Assembly (NCBI GenBank): GCA_017651505.1
Contig: JAGCCV010000022.1
Coordinates: 1 to 55,675 of the forward strand
Length of the DNA: 55,675 nucleotides
Reading direction: 5' to 3'
Origin: Bacteroidaceae bacterium
GTDB taxonomy: Bacteria; Bacteroidota; Bacteroidia; Bacteroidales; Bacteroidaceae
Each line of letters begins with the position of its first letter. The stretch's first letter is position 1. Shown here piece by piece: positions 17,344-28,465 of this stretch. The notes beneath the pieces are model-generated. The model searched no databases and had not been told where the DNA came from. It was given only the letters and a program-made list of their open reading frames with translations. The translations under genes and the position numbers were made by a program.

Positions 17344-18480
17344 ATGAAAAAGATAGAATTTGATAAAGCCTGTGTGGAACTGACGGCTTTTAAGCCTGCT
17401 AATGGCGTGGGAGAATATCACATGATGGTGCATGTGACAGACGCTACACTAACTTACGAGGAGCAGGTGGAGGCTTTACTGGATGCATATAGTGCGGTAT
17501 TGCAACAGTTGCCTGGTGCGGTGACGGTGTTTAAACGCTACTTCATGAGCGATGCCGCCAATCAATTGGACATGCTGTTGGCCATTACTACTGAAGGTAC
17601 CGACTGTGCCTTGTCGATGGTGCAACAGGCTCCTCTAGATGGCTCAAAAATTGCTTTGTGGGCGTATCTGATGTCGGATGTACATGTCAGGGCGTTGAGT
17701 AACGGATTATTTGAGGCTAAGCATGGTGCCTACCGTCACCTGTGGACAGGTAGTAACAACAACCATGCGGCTACGTCGGAATACCAGATGCGACTGTTAC
17801 TGAACGAGTATGTGATGAATCTGATAGAGGAGGGGTGTACGTTGGCCGATAACTGTATGCGTACCTGGATATTCGTGCAGAACATAGACAATAACTATGC
17901 TGGGGTGGTGAAGGCGCGCAATGAGGTGTTTATGACACAGAACCTTACCTCGGAGACGCATTTTATTGCCAGTACGGGCATTGGTGGGCGAATGGCAGAT
18001 CCAAAGACACTGGTGCAGATGGATGCCTACGCAGTGGATGGTATTACTCAGGAGCAGATTCACTACCTTTATGCCCGCACACACTTGAACCCTACCTACG
18101 AATATGGGGTGAGTTTTGAGCGTGGTACGTATATCGACTATGGTGACCGCAGACATGTGCTGATATCAGGTACTGCCAGCATCAACAACAAGGGTGAGAT
18201 TATGTATCGTGGTGATGTGCGCCAACAAACCAGACGCTTGTGGGAGAATGTGGAGATGCTGCTGGCTGAGGCTGGGTGTACCTTTGACGAGGCACTGCAG
18301 ATGATTGTCTATCTGCGTGACATTTCCGACTATAGCGTGGTGAAGACGTTGTTTGACGAACGATTCCCTGATAAGCCTAAGGTGTTTGTGAGTGCCCCTG
18401 TGTGCCGTTCTGGGTGGTTGGTAGAGATGGAGTGTATTGCCGTGAAAGCGCAGACGGATGAGCGCTTCGCTGCTCTCTAA
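17344..18480 (+). CDS. multi-domain Rid/YjgF-fold protein (FkbO/Hyg5 chorismatase-like architecture)
   Basis: [46 protein letters not shown]; start set to the ATG just after the -7 element. Confidence 0.8.
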   Translation: MKKIEFDKACVELTAFKPANGVGEYHMMVHVTDATLTYEEQVEALLDAYSAVLQQLPGAVTVFKRYFMSDAANQLDMLLAITTEGTDCALSMVQQAPLDGSKIALWAYLMSDVHVRALSNGLFEAKHGAYRHLWTGSNNNHAATSEYQMRLLLNEYVMNLIEEGCTLADNCMRTWIFVQNIDNNYAGVVKARNEVFMTQNLTSETHFIASTGIGGRMADPKTLVQMDAYAVDGITQEQIHYLYARTHLNPTYEYGVSFERGTYIDYGDRRHVLISGTASINNKGEIMYRGDVRQQTRRLWENVEMLLAEAGCTFDEALQMIVYLRDISDYSVVKTLFDERFPDKPKVFVSAPVCRSGWLVEMECIAVKAQTDERFAAL

Positions 18481-19382
18481 GTTTCTAACAGAGTTTTGAT
18501 ATAAGAGATGATGTCTGTTCGTTGGTTAGGATGAAACCAACGGATGGACATGTCTTTTTTGAACCAAGTGAGCTGTTTCTTTGCATAGATGCGTGTGTTG
18601 CGCTTGATTTTCTCTACGGCTTCATCTAAAGTCCATTCGCCATCAAGGTACTTGAATAGTTCTTTGTACCCTACGGTGTTGAGCGAGTTGAGGTGTCGAA
18701 AAGGATACACCTTCTTGGCTTCTTCCAGCATACCTTTTCGCATCATCTGATCTACTCGCTGGTTGATGCGGTTGAACAATTCGTCACGTTCTCTTTTTAA
18801 GCCAATTTTGATGATATGGAAGGGGCGTTGTACTTGTTTTCGCTGGCGGAATGAGGTGAATGTCTTGCCTGTCATGTAACAAATCTCCAAGGCGTGAACA
18901 ATGCGCTTGTAGTTCTTTAGGTCAACAATGGCGTAGTATTCAGGATCGAGCATCTTGAGCTCGCGTTGTAACCCCTCTAATCCTACTTCTTCATAGCGTT
19001 CCCACATCATAGCACGCGTGTCTGCATCGATAGTGGGAATGTCATCAATTCCCTGACAAACAGCATCTATGTACATCATCGATCCGCCTGTCATCAGTAC
19101 CGTGTCCTGAGATTGGAAGAGTTGCTCAAGTAGTGCTAGTACCTCATCGGCATATTGTGCTGCACTGTAGTAGTCAGACAGTTGTAAGGAGCCTACAAAA
19201 TAGTGTCGCAAACGAGCCTGTTGGTCAGGGGTAGGTGCAGCAGTACCTATCTTCAAGTCGGCATAAAGTTGCCTCGAATCGGCAGAGATAATGCTTGTGT
19301 GCAGCTCTTCCGCCAATTCGAGGCTGATATCAGTCTTGCCTACTGCTGTAGGACCCAAGAGTACTACTAAGGTTTTCATCAA
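18477..19382 (-). CDS. miaA: tRNA dimethylallyltransferase
   Basis: [54 protein letters not shown]. Confidence 0.98.
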   Translation of the reverse strand: MMKTLVVLLGPTAVGKTDISLELAEELHTSIISADSRQLYADLKIGTAAPTPDQQARLRHYFVGSLQLSDYYSAAQYADEVLALLEQLFQSQDTVLMTGGSMMYIDAVCQGIDDIPTIDADTRAMMWERYEEVGLEGLQRELKMLDPEYYAIVDLKNYKRIVHALEICYMTGKTFTSFRQRKQVQRPFHIIKIGLKRERDELFNRINQRVDQMMRKGMLEEAKKVYPFRHLNSLNTVGYKELFKYLDGEWTLDEAVEKIKRNTRIYAKKQLTWFKKDMSIRWFHPNQRTDIISYIKTLLET

Positions 19383-19951
19383 TAGATGTCACTGCCATCG
19401 TAGGAGTCACCTCCGATAATACCATCCAGGCCTTCATAGCCTTCGGCATCAATCTCGTCGGAGTTATAGCCCTGATCACCATAGAAGTCCTCGCCCAAGT
19501 CATCGGAGCCAGCAGTGAGTTTCTTTTCCATCTCGTCAAAGTCCATGGTCTGAGCGGGTGCTTCTCCACGGCTCTTTGTGCATACGGGTTCGTTGAGCCC
19601 CTTGCCAGTAATTACTTCCATCAGCTTGATGAAGAAGCAACGGTCGGTCATGTAGTCGAATACATAGATCAGCTTTTGGTAGGTGTCTTCATCTACCAAC
19701 TTGCCAATGCGTGTATCGGACATGATGTAGCTATCAGTATCGGCATCGGTGTCCATTTCTTCAAGAGTTACCTCGATGTCCTTGTTCCATTCGTCATCGC
19801 AAACAAAGAAAGAAGCTAACTCACCCTCCTTAAAACCTACAGCTTTGATGATGGCTTTGTGGAAATCCAGGAAGGTCGCATCTGGGTCAATTTGAATTTC
19901 ACGCAGGAAATTATCAACCTCGTCGGATATTATTGTAAAACGATATACCAT
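19379..19951 (-). CDS. pRiA4b ORF-3-like / 'IS1096 passenger TnpR' family protein with acidic tail
   Basis: [41 protein letters not shown]; Asp/Glu/Gly-rich C-terminus; usual lpxA-miaA position. Confidence 0.75.
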   Translation of the reverse strand: MVYRFTIISDEVDNFLREIQIDPDATFLDFHKAIIKAVGFKEGELASFFVCDDEWNKDIEVTLEEMDTDADTDSYIMSDTRIGKLVDEDTYQKLIYVFDYMTDRCFFIKLMEVITGKGLNEPVCTKSRGEAPAQTMDFDEMEKKLTAGSDDLGEDFYGDQGYNSDEIDAEGYEGLDGIIGGDSYDGSDIY

Positions 19952-19976
19952 ATAATCTTCAATTATATACTTTGTG

Positions 19977-20765
19977 TCAATTCATAATACCAGTAATAAT
20001 ACCACGTTTTGATGAACGTATGAAATCAACGATATATTTGATTTCTGGTGTTATTACCATCTCTTCCTCTATCTTACGCAGGGCGTTTGTTACATTCAGT
20101 CCGCTTTGGTAGATGATGCGGTAGGCATTGTGAATCTGCTCAATGGTCTCGTTAGAGAAACCACGGCGACGCAGCCCCACGATGTTAATGCCACAATAGA
20201 TGGTAGGCTCACGTCCTGCTATGATGTAAGGAGGAATGTCTTTTGAGAAACGGCAACCACCTTGTATCATGACATACCCACCAATGCGGCAGAACTGATG
20301 CACCAATACTACGGCACTTATGATGGCATTATCATCAATCTCCACCTCACCAGCCAGTTTAGTAGAGTTACCAATGATGATGCCACTACCTACAACACAA
20401 TCGTGTGCCACATGCATATTCTCCATCAAGAGATTATTGCTGCCCACTATCGTCTCGCCTCTGGAAGCTGTACCTCGGCTGATGGTGACGTTCTCACGAA
20501 TGCTGTTATTATTGCCAATGATGGCAACGGAATCTTCGCCTTTGAACTTCAAGTCTTGGGGTAGCGTACTAATGCTGCATCCAGGGAAGAAGGTGTTGCC
20601 AGAGCCGATGCGTGCACCATAATGGATGGATACATTGTTCATCAGCACATTGTTGTCTCCCATCTCCACACCTTTGTCGATAAAGCAGAAAGGTCCTATT
20701 TGGTTGCCATCACCCAGCTTTGCAGTAGGATCAACGTATGCCAATGGACTTATTTGATTGCTCAT
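19977..20765 (-). CDS. lpxA: UDP-N-acetylglucosamine acyltransferase
   Basis: Hexapeptide repeats, PQDLKFKGE, IRENVTISRGT, HVAHDC, VHQFCRIG, INIVGLRRRGF. Confidence 0.97.
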   Translation of the reverse strand: MSNQISPLAYVDPTAKLGDGNQIGPFCFIDKGVEMGDNNVLMNNVSIHYGARIGSGNTFFPGCSISTLPQDLKFKGEDSVAIIGNNNSIRENVTISRGTASRGETIVGSNNLLMENMHVAHDCVVGSGIIIGNSTKLAGEVEIDDNAIISAVVLVHQFCRIGGYVMIQGGCRFSKDIPPYIIAGREPTIYCGINIVGLRRRGFSNETIEQIHNAYRIIYQSGLNVTNALRKIEEEMVITPEIKYIVDFIRSSKRGIITGIMN

Positions 20766-20777
20766 AACTATTCTTGT

Positions 20778-22163
20778 TTACTTGTTTTTTACTACTTGTG
20801 CCATTACTTCTGCTTCGCACACCTCATCTTCGCCCACGAAACCATAGCCTCGCATGGTGGTAAGACCACGATGTAATGGCTGTATCATTTCTATCTTGAA
20901 AACCAGTGTGTCACCAGGAACCACTTTCTTGCGGAATTTCACGTTGTTGATTTTCAGCACGTAGGTGGAGTAATGCTCCAGTTCATCCACTTGGTTAAGT
21001 ACCAGCAGACCGCCTGTCTGTGCCATAGCTTCTATAAGCAATACACCAGGCATGACGGGTTCCAAGGGGAAATGCCCTTGGAAGTAGGGCTCATTGCCAG
21101 TGATGTTCTTCACACCTACGATGTAGTCAGGGCCAATCTCCACAATCTTATCAACCAACAACATAGGGTAGCGGTGGGGGATAAGCTGTCGTATCTTGTT
21201 GACGTCCATCAGCGGTGGGGTGTTGACATCGTATTTAGGCGCCTGTACGTTATGCAACCTGATCTGGCGACGCATCTCGCGGGCAAACTTGTTGTTGACC
21301 GTATGACCAGGACGGGTGGCGATGATACGGCCTTTGATGGGCTTGCCTATCAGAGCCATATCGCCTATGAGGTCAAGCAACTTATGGCGTGCACACTCGT
21401 TAGGCCATACTAACGGCTTGTGCATGATGTAGCCAAGGTGGGTGGAATCCATGTGGGGAACACCCATCACGTCAGCCAATTGGTCATATTTATCTTGTGT
21501 CATTTGGCGTTCATAGATCACGATGGTATTGTCGAGGTCACCTCCCTTGATGAGACCCAACTGTAGCAGGGGCTCTATTTCGCGTACGAAAACAAAAGTA
21601 CGTGCCTTTGCTACCTCGGTCTTGAACAGATTCATATCCTCGAGAGTGGCATATTGGTTGGGTAGGATAGTACTCTCGTAAGAGATCAGTACGTTAAGGC
21701 TGAACTCATCGTCTGGTAGCACGATAATGGAAGAACCTGTCTTTTCGTTACGGAATTCAATCTTCGACTTAATCACGAAATAGTCTTTCACAGAATTCTG
21801 CTCAACGGTACCCACGCGCTCTATGCCTTCCACGAAATATTCGGCGCTCCCATCCAGAATGGGGAACTCAGGACCATCGACCTGTATGAGACAATTGTCG
21901 ATGCCAGCCGCATAAAGGGCTGCCAATCCGTGTTCTACGGTGCTTATTTTCACTCCGTTTTTGTTAAGTACCGTTCCTCGTGTGGTTTCGGTTACATTTT
22001 CAGCTATAGCATCGATGATGGGTTGTCCTTCCATGTCGGTACGCTGAATCTTATAACCGTAATTATCAGGAGCGGGGTTGAAGGTTACCGTAAGGTTTAA
22101 TCCGGTATGTAACCCTTTACCGCTGAGTGAGAAACTTTCTTTCAGTGTTTTCTGTTTCAACAT
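20778..22163 (-). CDS. lpxC/fabZ: bifunctional LpxC deacetylase / FabZ dehydratase
   Basis: GKGLHTG, TVEH, PILDGSA, ARTF, RHKLLDLIGD, GH; C-terminal PHRYPMLLVD, GHFP..PVMPGVLLIEAMAQ. Confidence 0.97.
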   Translation of the reverse strand: MLKQKTLKESFSLSGKGLHTGLNLTVTFNPAPDNYGYKIQRTDMEGQPIIDAIAENVTETTRGTVLNKNGVKISTVEHGLAALYAAGIDNCLIQVDGPEFPILDGSAEYFVEGIERVGTVEQNSVKDYFVIKSKIEFRNEKTGSSIIVLPDDEFSLNVLISYESTILPNQYATLEDMNLFKTEVAKARTFVFVREIEPLLQLGLIKGGDLDNTIVIYERQMTQDKYDQLADVMGVPHMDSTHLGYIMHKPLVWPNECARHKLLDLIGDMALIGKPIKGRIIATRPGHTVNNKFAREMRRQIRLHNVQAPKYDVNTPPLMDVNKIRQLIPHRYPMLLVDKIVEIGPDYIVGVKNITGNEPYFQGHFPLEPVMPGVLLIEAMAQTGGLLVLNQVDELEHYSTYVLKINNVKFRKKVVPGDTLVFKIEMIQPLHRGLTTMRGYGFVGEDEVCEAEVMAQVVKNK

Positions 22164-22164
22164 C

Positions 22165-23205
22165 TTATTGTGTTTTGCCTTTTTTTAGTTCGTCTAATTC
22201 TTTACGTAAAGCATTGAGCTCTCTGTACATATCGGGCAATCGCTTCATAACGGCCTGCACCTTAAACCACCCTTTGTCCTCAATGGGGAGGGTACCCATC
22301 ATGGTTTTACCATCAGGGATAGAACTGATGATGCCCGTTTGCGGACCCAGGGTAACGTGGTTGCCTACGGTGAGGTGACCGGAAATGCCTACCTGGCCAG
22401 CAATAACACACCATTCGCCCATCTTGGCAGAACCTGCTACGCCTGCTTGTGCGGCTATCACGGTGTTGGCACCAATTTCAACATTGTGGGCAATCTGTAT
22501 CAAGTTGTCCAGCTTCACACCTTTGCGTATGATGGTAGATCCCATGGTAGCACGATCAACACAAGTGTTGGCACCAATCTCTACGTTGTCTTCAATAATG
22601 ACATTACCTATCTGCGGAATCTTGTTATAACCCTCAGGGGTAGGAGCAAACCCGAAACCATCGCCCCCGATTACCACGCCCGAATGAAGTGTTACGTGGT
22701 TGCCTATCTGGCAATCGTGGTAGATATTAACACCTGAGTAGATAAGCGAGCTTTCGCCAATGCGTGCGTTCTTGCCTACATAGGTGTGGGGATAAATCTG
22801 CGTATTATCACCAATTACAGCACCTTCGTCAACCACGGCATAGGCTCCGATATAAACATCTTTGCCCACCTGTGCATTTTCGGCTACCACAGCAGTGGAT
22901 GCTATTCCTTTGTTCTGTGTCTTGCTTTGCTCGTAGAGCGTCATCAGTTTAGCGAGGGTCTCATAAGCATTGTCAACCTTGATGAGGGTAGCTTTGACGG
23001 GCTTTTCGGGCACAAAATCACGGTTGACCAATACAATGCTGGCCTCTGTGTCATAGATATAATGTTCATATCTGGGATTAGAGAGGAAAGTAATGCTACC
23101 AGGCTTGCCTTCTTCAATCTTGGCAAAGGTGTTCACAGTGGCATTGGCATCTCCAACAATCTCACCCTGTACAAATGCTGCAATTTGTTGTGCTGAAAAG
23201 TCCAT
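22165..23205 (-). CDS. lpxD: UDP-3-O-acylglucosamine N-acyltransferase
   Basis: MDFSAQQIA start; hexapeptide repeats; [33 protein letters not shown]; TATTTTTG at 23234-23241 supports this start. Confidence 0.96.
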   Translation of the reverse strand: MDFSAQQIAAFVQGEIVGDANATVNTFAKIEEGKPGSITFLSNPRYEHYIYDTEASIVLVNRDFVPEKPVKATLIKVDNAYETLAKLMTLYEQSKTQNKGIASTAVVAENAQVGKDVYIGAYAVVDEGAVIGDNTQIYPHTYVGKNARIGESSLIYSGVNIYHDCQIGNHVTLHSGVVIGGDGFGFAPTPEGYNKIPQIGNVIIEDNVEIGANTCVDRATMGSTIIRKGVKLDNLIQIAHNVEIGANTVIAAQAGVAGSAKMGEWCVIAGQVGISGHLTVGNHVTLGPQTGIISSIPDGKTMMGTLPIEDKGWFKVQAVMKRLPDMYRELNALRKELDELKKGKTQ

Positions 23206-23296
23206 AACTTTTAGTCGATTATCTATTTGGCTACAAAAATACTGCCTTTTTTTGATATTTACTGCATCCAAAAAGCATAAAAAATGTTCAATTTCC

Positions 23297-24127
23297 CTAA
23301 ATCAAACTATTTTTCTGTAATAGTACTGACATTTGCTGTTGCAGATTCTGGGAGGATTGACGTGCTGCATCGGCAAAACCCTGGGTATTGTCAGCATAAA
23401 TGATGCCACGACTAGAGTTGACAATCAAACCACACTGACTATTCATGCCATATTTGCAAACTTCTTCCAATGAACCTCCTTGGGCACCCACACCGGGTAC
23501 TAACAGGAAGTGATGGGGGGCAATCTTGCGGATGTCTTCGAAGGCCTTGCCTTGAGTAGCTCCGACCACATACATCAGTTGGTCGGCATCTGCCCACTCT
23601 TGTGATTTGCGCAACACTTTTTCAAATAGGCGTTCGCCCTGTGGATCTGTAGTGAGTTGGAAATCGTGTGAACCCTTGTTGCTGGTAAGTGCCAATAGGA
23701 TAACCCACTTGTTCTCATAACCCAAGAATGGCTTTACGCTGTCTTCACCCATATAAGGTGCAACGGTAACAGCATCCACTCTGCCTTCTTCAAAGAAGCT
23801 GCGAGCATACATTGCTGAGGTATTACCTATGTCGCCTCGCTTGGCATCAGCGATGACGAGTTGGTCAGAATAGTTGTCCTTGATATAGTTAATGGTTTTC
23901 TCGAATGCCAACCAGCCTTTTACACCCATACATTCGTAGAAAGCCAAGTTGGGCTTATAGGCGATGCACAGGTCGGCAGTAGCATCAATAATTGCTTTGT
24001 TGAAAGCAAAGATAGGATCTTCTTCCTCCAACAAAAAATGGGGAATTTTCTTGATATCGGTGTCAAGGCCAACGCACAGAAATGACTGCTTGCGTTTGAT
24101 GTTTTCAAATAATTGTTCTCGGTTCAT
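23297..24127 (-). CDS. pyrF: orotidine-5'-phosphate decarboxylase
   Basis: [55 protein letters not shown]. Confidence 0.97.
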   Translation of the reverse strand: MNREQLFENIKRKQSFLCVGLDTDIKKIPHFLLEEEDPIFAFNKAIIDATADLCIAYKPNLAFYECMGVKGWLAFEKTINYIKDNYSDQLVIADAKRGDIGNTSAMYARSFFEEGRVDAVTVAPYMGEDSVKPFLGYENKWVILLALTSNKGSHDFQLTTDPQGERLFEKVLRKSQEWADADQLMYVVGATQGKAFEDIRKIAPHHFLLVPGVGAQGGSLEEVCKYGMNSQCGLIVNSSRGIIYADNTQGFADAARQSSQNLQQQMSVLLQKNSLI

Positions 24128-24132
24128 ATAGT

Positions 24133-25977
24133 TTATTCTTTTGTTTCTTTGTTTTCAAAACTCAATGGTGTATTCTTGAATGCAGCTTCTTGTAAGAAGA
24201 GCAAGCCTTCCAGGTGCAGGTCTTTCTTAACAGGAGCTTTTTCGGCATCGTCATTATTGTTGTCTTTGCTTGTATTTGACTCCACTTCAAAGAACCATAT
24301 CAGCAGGGCACCTTCATTGTTTTCAACACTAAAAGGTTGTTGTTTGCTCTCATCGGCAGCAATCTCTTGCAGTTGTTGGAATGGAATACCAAATCGGGTA
24401 AAATAGAGCAAGGTGTCTTGCGAATAGATAATATCCATATGCAATGTACTATCTGTTTCAGTCAGAATTTGCTCACGTTGCCATTCGTCAATCTGCATCA
24501 CCTTTTGGAAGTTGCCTTGTGGCATCAAAGCCATTTTTTCTCGCATATTGGCAAAAGGCAATTCGATGGTAGCTGGGTCTATTGGCTCTGAATCTGTGTC
24601 GTATGGTTCATTAGACCCTTCGTAGTAAGGATTGGTATGCAGATCCACTAGTCCGTCAATCCATTGGCTCACTAATGAATCGCTTTGCAGCTCGAACTTC
24701 AAGTAGCTCAACTTACCTTTGAGTATGTTGGCATCGTGTTTGTCCATAGTTTTGATTAGACTATCGAAACGAGTATAGTCCAAAGGAAGTTGCACACCTG
24801 TGCGCAGAAAGATGCCGTCCACTTGTCTGGTCAGCAAACGACGTGTAGTGGCTGTCATGTTCCAAGGACCTACAGAGGCAATGAAAAACACCAGTGCAAA
24901 TGATATCAATATCCACATGATACGTTTGCCTTGCCTGAACAATAGGTAGATGCACACCACATAACACCAAATATTGAATAACAGGACATAGGCACGCGCA
25001 ACGGTGAAACCGTAATCGGAGATGCGGCGAAAAATGCCCACTGTCATCAGTACCAACAAAGGTAATGCCAAGAGAGCCAGCCAACGTACCAATTTTTTGT
25101 CAAAAAGTTTGTTATCTTGCAAGAGTAGGGGATAGACGAGGGCCGTGATGAACAGCATACTTATCATCATGGTGGTGACAAGCCACACTACTCCTCCACT
25201 GGGAAGTTCCCATGTGTAGAGTATTCTCAACAAGTAGAAATAGAGGGTAATGAGATAGGCTGCCTGCAAAGGTACGAAAAGCCCATGTACCACCATACGC
25301 CCAAAATCGTTCAATCGATTTATATTGGTATCGTGCTTAGCTGATTCTTTGGGTATCTGCATCATCAGCAATATCACGTTAGTGGTGAACATGCAGATAA
25401 TCACCATTGAAATATATAGTTCTTCTGGAACATCTAAGTCGAACAACTCTTGGATGCCCCACAACAATAGTTCAATGCCACCCAATAAGATGCCACTCAC
25501 CAATGTGGTTTGTAAAGCACTTATGATGATGTTCCAGCTGAAGTTCCATGATTCAATGTCTGTTTCTTTCCCAAAGAATGAAAGGAAAAAGATAGATGCC
25601 TTAATGAGTAACAATGTTGCCAACAAACCAATAACAAGTTCCATACCAAAACTGTCTTGGCTTTGCTGGGCAATGATGGCGCAGTAGAGCAACCAGCCAA
25701 CTTGTGCAATCAAGTGAACAATGCTGGCTCTTTTGCCATTGGATTGTTCTTCGCTCCACAGATGAAGGGATACTCCTAACAGCAAAGCCGTAGGAGGGTA
25801 GAACATGATAATGAATAATAGCGCATCGCTATTGGGTATCAAATCCTTGTCCCAAAGTAGCATCAATGCTATAAAAGTGTAGATTATGGTGAACAGAAGT
25901 GCCACAGGGAATCTTTTTATTACGATTGCAAGTCGTTCTGTAACTCCCTTGAAAGATATATACTCTATCCATTTCAT
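24133..25977 (-). CDS. DUF4153-like polytopic membrane protein
   Basis: KRFP, about 10 TM helices, [32 protein letters not shown]. Confidence 0.8.
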   Translation of the reverse strand: MKWIEYISFKGVTERLAIVIKRFPVALLFTIIYTFIALMLLWDKDLIPNSDALLFIIMFYPPTALLLGVSLHLWSEEQSNGKRASIVHLIAQVGWLLYCAIIAQQSQDSFGMELVIGLLATLLLIKASIFFLSFFGKETDIESWNFSWNIIISALQTTLVSGILLGGIELLLWGIQELFDLDVPEELYISMVIICMFTTNVILLMMQIPKESAKHDTNINRLNDFGRMVVHGLFVPLQAAYLITLYFYLLRILYTWELPSGGVVWLVTTMMISMLFITALVYPLLLQDNKLFDKKLVRWLALLALPLLVLMTVGIFRRISDYGFTVARAYVLLFNIWCYVVCIYLLFRQGKRIMWILISFALVFFIASVGPWNMTATTRRLLTRQVDGIFLRTGVQLPLDYTRFDSLIKTMDKHDANILKGKLSYLKFELQSDSLVSQWIDGLVDLHTNPYYEGSNEPYDTDSEPIDPATIELPFANMREKMALMPQGNFQKVMQIDEWQREQILTETDSTLHMDIIYSQDTLLYFTRFGIPFQQLQEIAADESKQQPFSVENNEGALLIWFFEVESNTSKDNNNDDAEKAPVKKDLHLEGLLFLQEAAFKNTPLSFENKETKE

Positions 25978-26061
25978 AATCTTCAATTCTTTTCAAATAT
26001 CATTTCTTAATTACCCTCTCCTACTGTATTGGGAAATGGCACTAAGCAATAAGTACAAATG

Positions 26062-27174
26062 CTACAGTTCGCTTTCTTTCATTCGTTCTGCATTTTCCGC
26101 CACAATGAGATGGTCGATGCAATCCTGTATGTCGCCATCCATGAAAGCAGGCAGGTTGTAGATGGTATAGTTGATGCGATGATCGGTAATGCGTCCCTGA
26201 GGATAATTATAGGTACGAATCTTAGCAGACCTGTCGCCAGTAGATACCATCGTCTTGCGCTTGGCAGCGATATCGTCAACATATTTCTGATGTTCCTTGT
26301 CGTAGATGAATGAACGCAGGCGAGCCAACGCACGCTCCTTGTTCTTGGGCTGGTCGCGTGTTTCGGTACACTCTATCAAGATTTCCTCCACAACGCCTGT
26401 GTTTGGGTTCTTCCAGTTATATCGCAGACGCACACCCGATTCCACCTTGTTGACATTCTGACCTCCGGCACCACTACTTCGGAAAGTGTCCCAACGTATT
26501 TCACCCTCGTTGATGCTCACCTCAAAAGGTTCGGCTTCAGGCAGTACTGCAACAGATGCTGCTGAGGTATGTACACGCCCCTGTGTCTCTGTTACAGGAA
26601 CACGTTGTACGCGATGCACGCCAGATTCATATTTTAAGGTGCCATAAACTCCTTCACCTGTAATGGGACAGATGATTTCCTTGAATCCGCCAACAGCACC
26701 TTCACTGGCACTGGAAATCTCCAATTTCCAACCTTTGCTCTCACAGTATTTCGAGTACATACGGAAGAGGTCGCCAGCAAACAACGCAGCTTCATCACCT
26801 CCCGTACCTCCACGTATTTCGAGTATAGCATTGCGGCTGTCCATCGGATCAGCAGGTATCAACATCAGTTTTATCTCCTCCTCTAACTTGGGCTGTCGTT
26901 CCTGACATATTGCCAGTTCTTCACGGGCCATCTCTTTCATCTCGGCATCATCTTCGTTGGTTATGATGTCTTTCGCCTCGTCAATGCGCCCCAATAGCTC
27001 TTGATATTCCTTACGGGCCGTCATCAATCGCTCCAACTCCTTGTATTCCTTGGTGAGCTTTACGTAACGTTCCTGCTCTGCAATTACGCTGGGGTCGGTA
27101 ATCAAGGTAGATACCTCATCGAAACGAGGTGCCAGACCGTCCAGTTTTTCTAATAAATTATTCTTTTCAGCCAT
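26062..27174 (-). CDS. prfA: peptide chain release factor 1
   Basis: EIRGGTGGDEA, ESGVHRVQRVPVTE (PVT), GAGGQNVNK, RTYNYPQGRITDHRI. Confidence 0.98.
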   Translation of the reverse strand: MAEKNNLLEKLDGLAPRFDEVSTLITDPSVIAEQERYVKLTKEYKELERLMTARKEYQELLGRIDEAKDIITNEDDAEMKEMAREELAICQERQPKLEEEIKLMLIPADPMDSRNAILEIRGGTGGDEAALFAGDLFRMYSKYCESKGWKLEISSASEGAVGGFKEIICPITGEGVYGTLKYESGVHRVQRVPVTETQGRVHTSAASVAVLPEAEPFEVSINEGEIRWDTFRSSGAGGQNVNKVESGVRLRYNWKNPNTGVVEEILIECTETRDQPKNKERALARLRSFIYDKEHQKYVDDIAAKRKTMVSTGDRSAKIRTYNYPQGRITDHRINYTIYNLPAFMDGDIQDCIDHLIVAENAERMKESEL

Positions 27175-28343
27175 TAGTATCTAAATTCACCAAATTCGCT
27201 TCTGATAATCAGTTCCTTGTGGTCGCTTTCTTCAATGCGTCCTACAATCTGGGCATCAATGTTGAAGCTCTTGGAGATAGCAATCACTTCATCTGAATAT
27301 GCTGCGGGTAGATACACTTCATAACGATGTCCCATGTTGAATACCTTATACATTTCTTGCCAGTCGGTGCCACTTTGTTCGTGGATGGTCATAAACAATG
27401 GGGGAACTGGGAACATATTGTCTTTTATTACTTGGCAGTTATCGCCTACGAAATGCAATACCTTGGTCTGCGCACCACCAGAGCAATGTACCATACCGTG
27501 TATTTGCGGACGAAGGTTATCCAGTAATTTCTTTACAACTGGTGCGTAGGTACGAGTAGGGGATAGTACTAATTTTCCTGCATTAAGTGGACTTCCTTTC
27601 ACTTCATCAGTCAATTTCAAGCCTCCGCAATATACTAACTCATCAGGTACAGCTTTATCATAACTCTCTGGATATTTTTCAGCCAAATACTTGCTGAATA
27701 CATCATGTCGAGCTGAAGTTAGACCGTTACTGCCCATACCGCCATTGTATTCATGTTCGTAGGTAGCCTGTCCGAAAGAGGCAAAGCCTACAATCACATC
27801 TCCAGGACGGATATTGGCATTGTCAATCACATCACTTCGTTTCATACGACATGTTACTGTTGAATCAACGATGATGGTACGAACCAAATCACCTACGTCA
27901 GCAGTTTCGCCACCAGTAGCGTAAGCTCCCACGCCCATCTCGCGCAGCTCAGCTAACAGTTCGTCAGTACCGTTGATGATAGCTGAAATTACTTCGCCTG
28001 GTACCAACAGCTTGTTGCGTCCAATGGTAGATGATACAAGAATGTTGTTAGTAGCACCCACACACAACAGATCGTCGATGTTCATGATTAGCGCATCTTG
28101 GGCAATACCTTTCCACACACTGAGGTCACCAGTCTCTTTCCAATACAGATATGCCAGTGATGACTTAGTGCCTGCACCATCGGCATGCATGATGTTGCAA
28201 TAGTTGGGGTCACCTCCTAAAATGTCTGGTATAATTTTACAGAATGCCTTGGGAAATAATCCCTTGTCAATGTTCTTGATGGCGTTGTGCACATCTTCCT
28301 TAGCTGCACTTACGCCTCTCATCATGTATCTTTGTTTGTCCAT
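27174..28343 (-). CDS. purM: phosphoribosylformylglycinamidine cyclo-ligase (AIR synthase), Bacteroidetes type
   Basis: HADGAGTK, MNIDDLLCVG, GGETADVGD, GMGSNGLT, SPTRTY, HCSGG, VFNMG. Confidence 0.95.
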   Translation of the reverse strand: MDKQRYMMRGVSAAKEDVHNAIKNIDKGLFPKAFCKIIPDILGGDPNYCNIMHADGAGTKSSLAYLYWKETGDLSVWKGIAQDALIMNIDDLLCVGATNNILVSSTIGRNKLLVPGEVISAIINGTDELLAELREMGVGAYATGGETADVGDLVRTIIVDSTVTCRMKRSDVIDNANIRPGDVIVGFASFGQATYEHEYNGGMGSNGLTSARHDVFSKYLAEKYPESYDKAVPDELVYCGGLKLTDEVKGSPLNAGKLVLSPTRTYAPVVKKLLDNLRPQIHGMVHCSGGAQTKVLHFVGDNCQVIKDNMFPVPPLFMTIHEQSGTDWQEMYKVFNMGHRYEVYLPAAYSDEVIAISKSFNIDAQIVGRIEESDHKELIIRSEFGEFRY

Positions 28344-28420
28344 AATAGGATGAGTTTTTTATTTGGGTACAAAAATAATACAAATGGGAGACAATGCCAA
28401 ATGTCTTTACACTCTTTATA

Positions 28421-28457
28421 AAATAAAGAGGATGTGTCTATTTTTTTTGACACACCC
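28421..28457 (-). terminator. rho-independent terminator of the TonB-dependent receptor gene
   Basis: Minus strand gggtgtgtc-loop-gacacatcc followed by tctttattt. Confidence 0.65.
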
Positions 28458-28465
28458 ACTTTTTT

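Noticed and set aside
19379-19951. Family name 'IS1096 passenger TnpR' suggests a mobile element
   Set aside because: No transposase or terminal repeats; the gene is embedded in the lpxA-miaA operon with a 4-bp overlap
20778-22163. LpxC-FabZ fusion as a novelty
   Set aside because: Normal for Bacteroidota; catalytic motifs are intact
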